In this document: piece after piece, positions 58,401 through 64,000 of the stretch
Numbering within the stretch: position 1 is the stretch's first letter
Layout of the letters: each line of letters starts with the position of its first letter
Origin: Macrostomum lignano
Taxonomy: Eukaryota
Assembly: GCA_002269645.1 (NCBI GenBank)
Contig: NIVC01002079.1
Location: 62,001-126,000, forward strand
Reading direction: 5' to 3'
Length of the DNA: 64,000 nucleotides
Translations under genes and position numbers: made by a program
The notes under the pieces: generated by a model
Database searches by the model: none
Told to the model about the DNA's origin: nothing
Seen by the model: only the letters and a program-made list of their open reading frames with translations

Positions 58401-61400
58401 GCCAGTTCTGCCGGAGGTCGCCAGGCTTCTGTGCCGCCTTTGTTTCCGGGCGGCCGCCAGGCCCCGCCGCAACATCAGCAGCCGCCACAACAGCAGCAGC
58501 CGCCGCAGCCGCCGCCGCAGCAGCCACCGCAATCAAAGCCACTTCAGCCCACAGCTGCCCCCTTCATCGCTCAGCATCCGCTTCCGCCTCGTTCGCAGCC
58601 CCCGCCACAGCCGCCGACGGCTCAGCCCATGTTCTCCTCTGGAGCTTCGTCGCAGGCAGCAGCCGCCGCCGCCGCTGCAGCCGCTCAGCGCCGTCTGCCG
58701 ATGCCCATGCAGGCTCAGCAGCTGCAGCAACTGCAGGCCATGCTGCTGTCGAATCTGCAGATGCAGGCTCAGATGATGCACAGCAGCCAGATTTCTGGAG
58801 GGCCAGGAAACAAGGCTCACACGCTCAACAAGCTTCTGCCTCAGGTTTGAGCACACTTGCATTTTGGTTCTCTGATGTTGTCATTTTGGTTGTCACTTGA
58901 GTGTTTTGCACCATTTCTTAGTGTTTACTGTGACATGAGTGTGTCCGCTGTGACATGAGTGTGTCTGCTGTGACATATGTGTCTGCTGTGTCATAAATGT
59001 GTCTGCTGTGGCATGAGTGTGTCTGCTGTGACATGAGTGTGTCTGCTGTGACATGAGTGTGTCTGCTGTGACATGAGTGTGTCTTCTGTGGCATGAGTGT
59101 GTCTGCTGTGGCATGAGTGTGTCTGCTGTGACATGAGTGTGTCTGCTGTGACATGAGTGTGTCTGCTGTGACATGAGTGTGTCTGCTGTGACATGAGTGT
59201 GTCTGCTGTGGCATGAGTGTGTCTGCTGTGGCATGAGTGTGTCTGCTGTGGCATGAGTGTGTCTGCTGTGGCATGAGTGTGTCTGCTGTGGCATGAGTGT
59301 GTCTGCTGTGACATGAGTGTGTCTGCTGTGACATGAGTGTGTCTGCTGTGACATGAGTGTGTCTGCTGTGGCATGAGTGTGTCTGCACCATCCCTTGCAG
59401 TGTCTGCACCATGCCTTGCAGTGTCTGCACCATGCCTTGCAGTGTCTGCACCATGCCTTGCAGTGTCTGCACCATGCCTTGCAGTGTCTGCACCATGCCT
59501 TGCAGTGTCTGCACCATGCCTTGCAGTGTCTGCACCATGCCTTGCTGTGTCTGCACCATGCCTTGCTGTGTCTGCACCATGCCTTGCTGTGTCTGCACCA
59601 TGCCTTGCAGTGTCTGCACCATGCCTTGCAGTGTGTCTGCACCATGCCTTGCAGTGTTCTCACCGTTAGCTCATCAGCTACCATTTGCACCCATTGTTGA
59701 AATCTCAAATCGCAGTTCAGAATCCCTCACTGCATCAGAGACCCAGCACTTCATCAGCTCCCACTCGGCAATTTCAGCAGCTGTTTCACAGACCGCCATA
59801 TCCGTACCTGCTCAGAGTAAGTCCGGCAAGCAACCAGAGCTGCAGCTTGCCGATGGGTTTTTATTCAGCCATTTTAATCCTTAGCGGGAAATGATTTTGT
59901 GCCTCCTGCTGCACCATCTGGAAAAGATGCGTGTTGTCCAGCTTCTGTAATGTTTTTTCCACTCCTCTTAAACCCATTGCAGACATTTCGCTGGTACAGA
60001 GCCATGGTATGTGAGGCTGCTAATGCCAGCAGTTTTTTCTGGCCGCCTTCGAATTGAGTTCGCATTAACTCTCTGTTTCTGTTAATTGGGTACTAAAAAG
60101 CTTGAGATGCAGTAAATTCAGAAGAATTCAAGTCGTTGGTTGTAGTTTTAATTTGTGTTTTTTTCGTTCTTTTTTATGCTGCACCAACCACAGAACTTTC
60201 CTGTGCACCTGGTTGACTTGCCTGCATTACACGTCTCGACTTTAGCATTGTATCTGTACCAAAACCCGCAGCCCCTGTACTCAAAACCCACAGCCCCTGT
60301 ACTCAAACCCACATCCCCTGTACTCAAACCCACAGCCCCTGTACTCAAACCCACATCCCCTGTACTCAAACCCACAGCCCCTGTACTCAAACTCACAGCC
60401 CCTGTACTCTAACCCACAGTTACTGTACTCTAACCCACAGTTACTGTACTCAAACCCAGAGTCCCTGTACTCAAACCCACAGTTACTGTACTCAAACCCA
60501 CAGCCCCTGTACTCAAACCCACAGCCCCTGTACTCAAACCCACAGCCTCTGTACTCAAACCCATGCACAGCCTCTGTACTCAAACCCACAGTCCCTGTAC
60601 TCAAACCCACAGTCCCTTTACTCAAACCCACAGCCCCTGTACTCAAAACCCACAGCCCCTGTACTCAAACTCACAGCCCCTGTACTCAAACCCAGAGCCC
60701 CTGTACTCTAACCCACAGTTACTGTACTCAAACCCACAGACCCTGTACTCAAACCCACATCCCCTGTACTCAAACCCACAGCCCCTGTACTCAAACCCAC
60801 AGTCCCTGTACTCAAACCCACAGCCCCTGTACTCAAACCCACAGTCCCTGTACTCAAACCCTCAGCCCCTGTATTAAAACCCTCAGCCCCTGTATTAAAA
60901 CCCACAGCCCCTGTACTCAAACCCTCAGCCCCTGTACTCAAACCCTCAGCCCCTGTATTAAAACCCACAGCCACTGTACTCAAACCCAGCCTCCCTGCCG
61001 CATCTCGCAGAACAACGCCCTGCAAGGCACCCGGCTGCTCAACCAGCACTTCAACCAGGCCGGAGCTGCTGCCGACTTTGCCGGACTCGAGACTGCTGCC
61101 GGTGCCGACGCCGCCTTCCGCCGCCCGGCCACCTCTGCGGCCGCCGCCGCCGCCTCGGCGAACCTGTCGACGGGCTCCGCCAGCCAGCAGACGATCGCCC
61201 AGCCCGCGATGCCCATCGTGCCGCCGATGCTGCTGCCGCCAAAGACTTCGTCGGCGGCGACCTCGGCCACCGCGGCCGCTGCGGGTCTCCAGGGCTGGGG
61301 CGGCGCCCACAACTCGCAGCTCAGCGCCATGCTGTGGAACGCCACCAGGCTCGCCGCCAGCGTCAAGTCGGCCAACACCTCGACTGGCTGGTCGTCTCTG

Positions 61401-61487
61401 CACCGCAGTCCGCCCGTTGACTCCGGGGTCGGGCAGCCGCACCGGCCTCCGACCAAGCAGCCGGTGGACGAGATGCCGTCCGCTTGA
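55496..61487 (+). CDS. EIF4ENIF1: eIF4E transporter 4E-T (EIF4ENIF1/Cup family), ~884 aa
   Basis: Exons 55496-55880, 55979-56068, 57289-58844, 59670-59816 (boundaries least certain) and 61011-61487; 2655 nt in frame. Canonical eIF4E-binding YxxxxL-phi (IRYNRDTLL) followed by GLWDP. Cup-homology motif EEELPAWFDEGP....LELTG; SSRFAKW; EVEANLK and TLEEIE motifs; P/Q-rich C-terminal half. Confidence 0.87.
58925..59385. repeat. 20-bp minisatellite (TGTGACATGAGTGTGTCTGC), ~23 copies
   Basis: Directly visible in 4E-T intron 3. Confidence 0.94.
59380..59655. repeat. 21-bp minisatellite (TGTCTGCACCATGCCTTGCAG), ~13 copies
   Basis: Fused directly to the 20-mer array through a shared GTGTCTGC. Ends 15 nt before the inferred exon start at 59670. 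Confidence 0.94.
60255..60990. repeat. 21-bp minisatellite (CTGTACTCAAACCCACAGCCC), ~35 copies
   Basis: Directly visible. Ends ~20 nt from the acceptor at 61010. Confidence 0.94.
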
Positions 61488-62099
61488 CCGCTTGAGCACT
61501 GCTCAGCTGAGCTCACTCGGCCCACAGACACTGCCGAACTCGTTAATGCCCCAACAATTGTTGCTAGCGACTCTTCAGCACCCCGAGTTTCCTCTCCGAC
61601 TGACCTTGAATTGTCCCCGCCTTCTCGCCTGCTGCCATCTCGCTGTCTCCCTCTTGTCTGCGGTGTTTTTGCAGTTGCAGTCCGCGCCAAATGGCTTTTG
61701 GAATTCGAACTCGCGTATAATTTTCTTCGTCATTGAGCAATATTTTAGTTCTCTCCTGTTTTACAATGCACTCCTGGTGACAGATTATCCCAGCAACTCG
61801 ATGATGTCGCTGGAATTTCATTTCGCTTCGATCATTAATTTTCTATTTGATTTTCCTGTAAATTTTGGCCCTCCGCCCGCGCCGGCGACTCCGCCCGTTT
61901 AGCGCAGCGATTTTCTTTGCCTGTTCGACTGGCTTTGCTTGCGACTTTGCATTGTGAGTAGCTTTGGTTCCAACTCTATTTTTGCTAGGCTTTCTCGCTA
62001 AGGCTATTGTGAGTTTTTTTTCGCATTTTGCTTTGTCCGCCTGCCCGTGAGCTGTGGAATCGCTAATCCCAGCTCATCAGGCGGAGATTATGCCGTAGC

Positions 62100-62870
62100 T
62101 TTATCCCGTCAGTCTTTGTTGAGCTTTGTAGAAGCAGTTTAGTTACTCGCACCGCAGCAGCACCTCCTCCTTTTGGAGTCTCATTTTCAGCGTGCTTTTT
62201 TCTGTCACATTCTGTACTGAGTCTGCAGCACAGACTCCGCCGCTCTCCATCTGAGCTCTGCGCTTCTCCAGCATGCCGGCCGGCGCTCCCTGATGAAGTG
62301 TCCCGGCCATGCATGCTGCTCCGCCTTTCCCCGGTTGATTTTTGCACAATGTTCTTCCTGTCTACTTTTTGTCAGTAGTTTATCCCGCTCGTGCAGCAGA
62401 CTCAAGCGCTAAACTAAGATTTGCATTGCGGTTCCACAGTTTCCAGCTTGACAGCAGCAGCTCCGGTCTCTTCCGCATGAATTTGTTGTCACCTGTGCGA
62501 GCTGCCGTCTCCCTACCTGCACCGGTGCCCCTCATCAGTACTTCTCTAAGCCAGACCGTATCGCTACTTTCTGTCTCTCCCCCCCCCACACTCCTTCCAA
62601 ACAGTCTGAAATACATCGAATATGCAGACTTGCAGTTGGCCGAAATTCTGCCTGTTCCTTTTCAACCGCACTTTGCTGTCCGCGTTCGATGTGCTCTCGT
62701 TTTGCTTTTCAGAATCCTGATGAGGATCTGCTTTCCAATTGGCTGCAGACTGTTGACGCACCGTCCTGGCTGGGATGTGGCATTTTGCTCCAAGTGACTG
62801 CAGTTTTCGAGCTTTCTGTCGTCACGCCGATAATTCTTAGTATGATTGTCCTCTTTCAAAATCCTGAGGA
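62100..62870 (-). mobile_element. Decayed non-LTR retrotransposon (RTE/CR1-like) reverse-transcriptase fragment
   Basis: Minus-strand frames give TKNYR...IGKQILIRILKSK and, after a frameshift, VEKEQAEFRP. These resemble the NYRGI..L....KIL.RIL...EEQAGFR stretch that precedes LINE RT domains. Broken by stops and frameshifts; boundaries are approximate. Confidence 0.4.
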
Positions 62871-63161
62871 GTTTCCCTCGCAGCAGTGCATGCTGTATTG
62901 CTATTTATCGATATATTAGTAGCCGCGCCTTCCAAGTTCAACGAGACCGAAGCACCGAAGAGCCTCTGAGACTACTCGTATTCGTAAAGCACAAAGCAAA
63001 TTATTGGTTTTTAATCAAAGAGGAACAGCCTGTTTTGACATGGGGGACGGTAAAATAGACCGCTTAAGTAGTAAAAGGCAAATCAAGGTCAGAGCCAACA
63101 TTTGTAGAGAGCCGATGCATTTAGACCAAAGCGGTCATCGTCAGGACAATGTATTTTTTTA

Positions 63162-63988
63162 CACCATTTTACCCTCGATTTTGAACAAGGAGAACTTCGA
63201 AACTGACAAACTCCTCTTCAATATTGACACTCTATGGTCGGGCACTCAAAATCTACAATCAATATTGACAGATCAAGCTTCATTTTTGACAAACTCTGGT
63301 TCAATTTTGACAATGCACGTTTAGTCAACTTCTCCTGGGAGAATTCGGTAACAAAGTAATCCAATGAAAGCCTGAACGGGGCTGAAGTGAGCTGTGCAAA
63401 ATCAGCTTATTCTGACTTTGCTTTTTGGATCTACAAGTATTGATAAAATTTATTTTTCTCTATCCTTTACACACAGACTAAAATAGCCTGACTGGTTGGG
63501 CTGCAAAGTCTGATTCTATTTTGACAGAGTTGCTTTAAAACTGACACTATGGTTTGTGTACCCAAAAAGTCCGCTTCATTTTTGACAACTCCGAATCAAT
63601 ATTGAACAGTTAACAATCGATTTTGACCAAGACATTTTTTGAAATAGATTTTGACAATTTTTACTAAGATTTCTCTCTTGAGGGGGGGTACTTGCTATTT
63701 GGGAGAGGGGGTACTGGCTGCATGTATCTACGAGTCAGAATAAGCTGATTTTGCACAGCTCACTTCAGCCCCGTTCAGGCTTTCATTGGATTACTTTGTT
63801 ACCGAATTCTCCCAGGAGAAGTTGACTAAACGTGCATTGTCAAAATTGAACCAGAGTTTGTCAAAAATGAAGCTTGATCTGTCAATATTGATTGTAGATT
63901 TTGAGTGCCCGACCATAGAGTGTCAATATTGAAGAGGAGTTTGTCAGTTTCGAAGTTCTCCTTGTTCAAAATCGAGGGTAAAATGGTG
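63162..63988. mobile_element. 827-bp non-autonomous TIR element (Tc1/mariner-like MITE, TA target)
   Basis: 63160-63417 is the apparently perfect reverse complement of 63733-63990 (258 bp including the terminal TA). TA|CACCATTTTACCC ... GGGTAAAATGGTG|TA. No ORF of transposase size. Confidence 0.85.
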
Positions 63989-64000
63989 TATTAACTAGCG

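Noticed and set aside
57200-58862. Multiple antisense or alternate-frame ORFs over GC-rich exons (also at 13195-13788, 36203-37096, 41508-42446, 60708-61902)
   Set aside because: Shadow ORFs expected from GC-rich codon usage of the real genes; no recognisable domains.

Overview
Eukaryotic animal genomic DNA with spliceosomal GT-AG introns. The GC-rich exons and minisatellite-packed introns are the style known for the flatworm Macrostomum; the organism is my inference, not shown by the sequence. I could assemble eight protein-coding genes with consistent splice phases: class I fructose-bisphosphate aldolase (-, 3' end outside the window), a bombesin/CCHamide-like neuropeptide GPCR (-), an SLC26/STAS anion transporter (+), a PhyH-family 2OG-Fe(II) dioxygenase (-), a single-exon ARM+TIR protein (-), a GT32 DxD glycosyltransferase (+), a CRAL-TRIO/SEC14 protein (-) and 4E-T/EIF4ENIF1 (+). 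Almost all long ORFs in the supplied track that are not in these genes are artefacts of tandem repeats. Mobile DNA includes two hAT-type non-autonomous elements with perfect 8-bp TSDs (one carrying nested foldback arms), a TA-flanked MITE with 258-bp inverted arms, a tRNA-derived SINE pair and a decayed LINE RT fragment. The most striking pattern is the tandem repeats. 18 of 20 long introns carry arrays, while the AT-rich intergenic tracts mostly do not. Several arrays in different genes share a CCAGATCCTCA core, always in the pre-mRNA sense orientation. Many arrays are built from branch-point or 3'-splice-site-like units that abut real acceptors.
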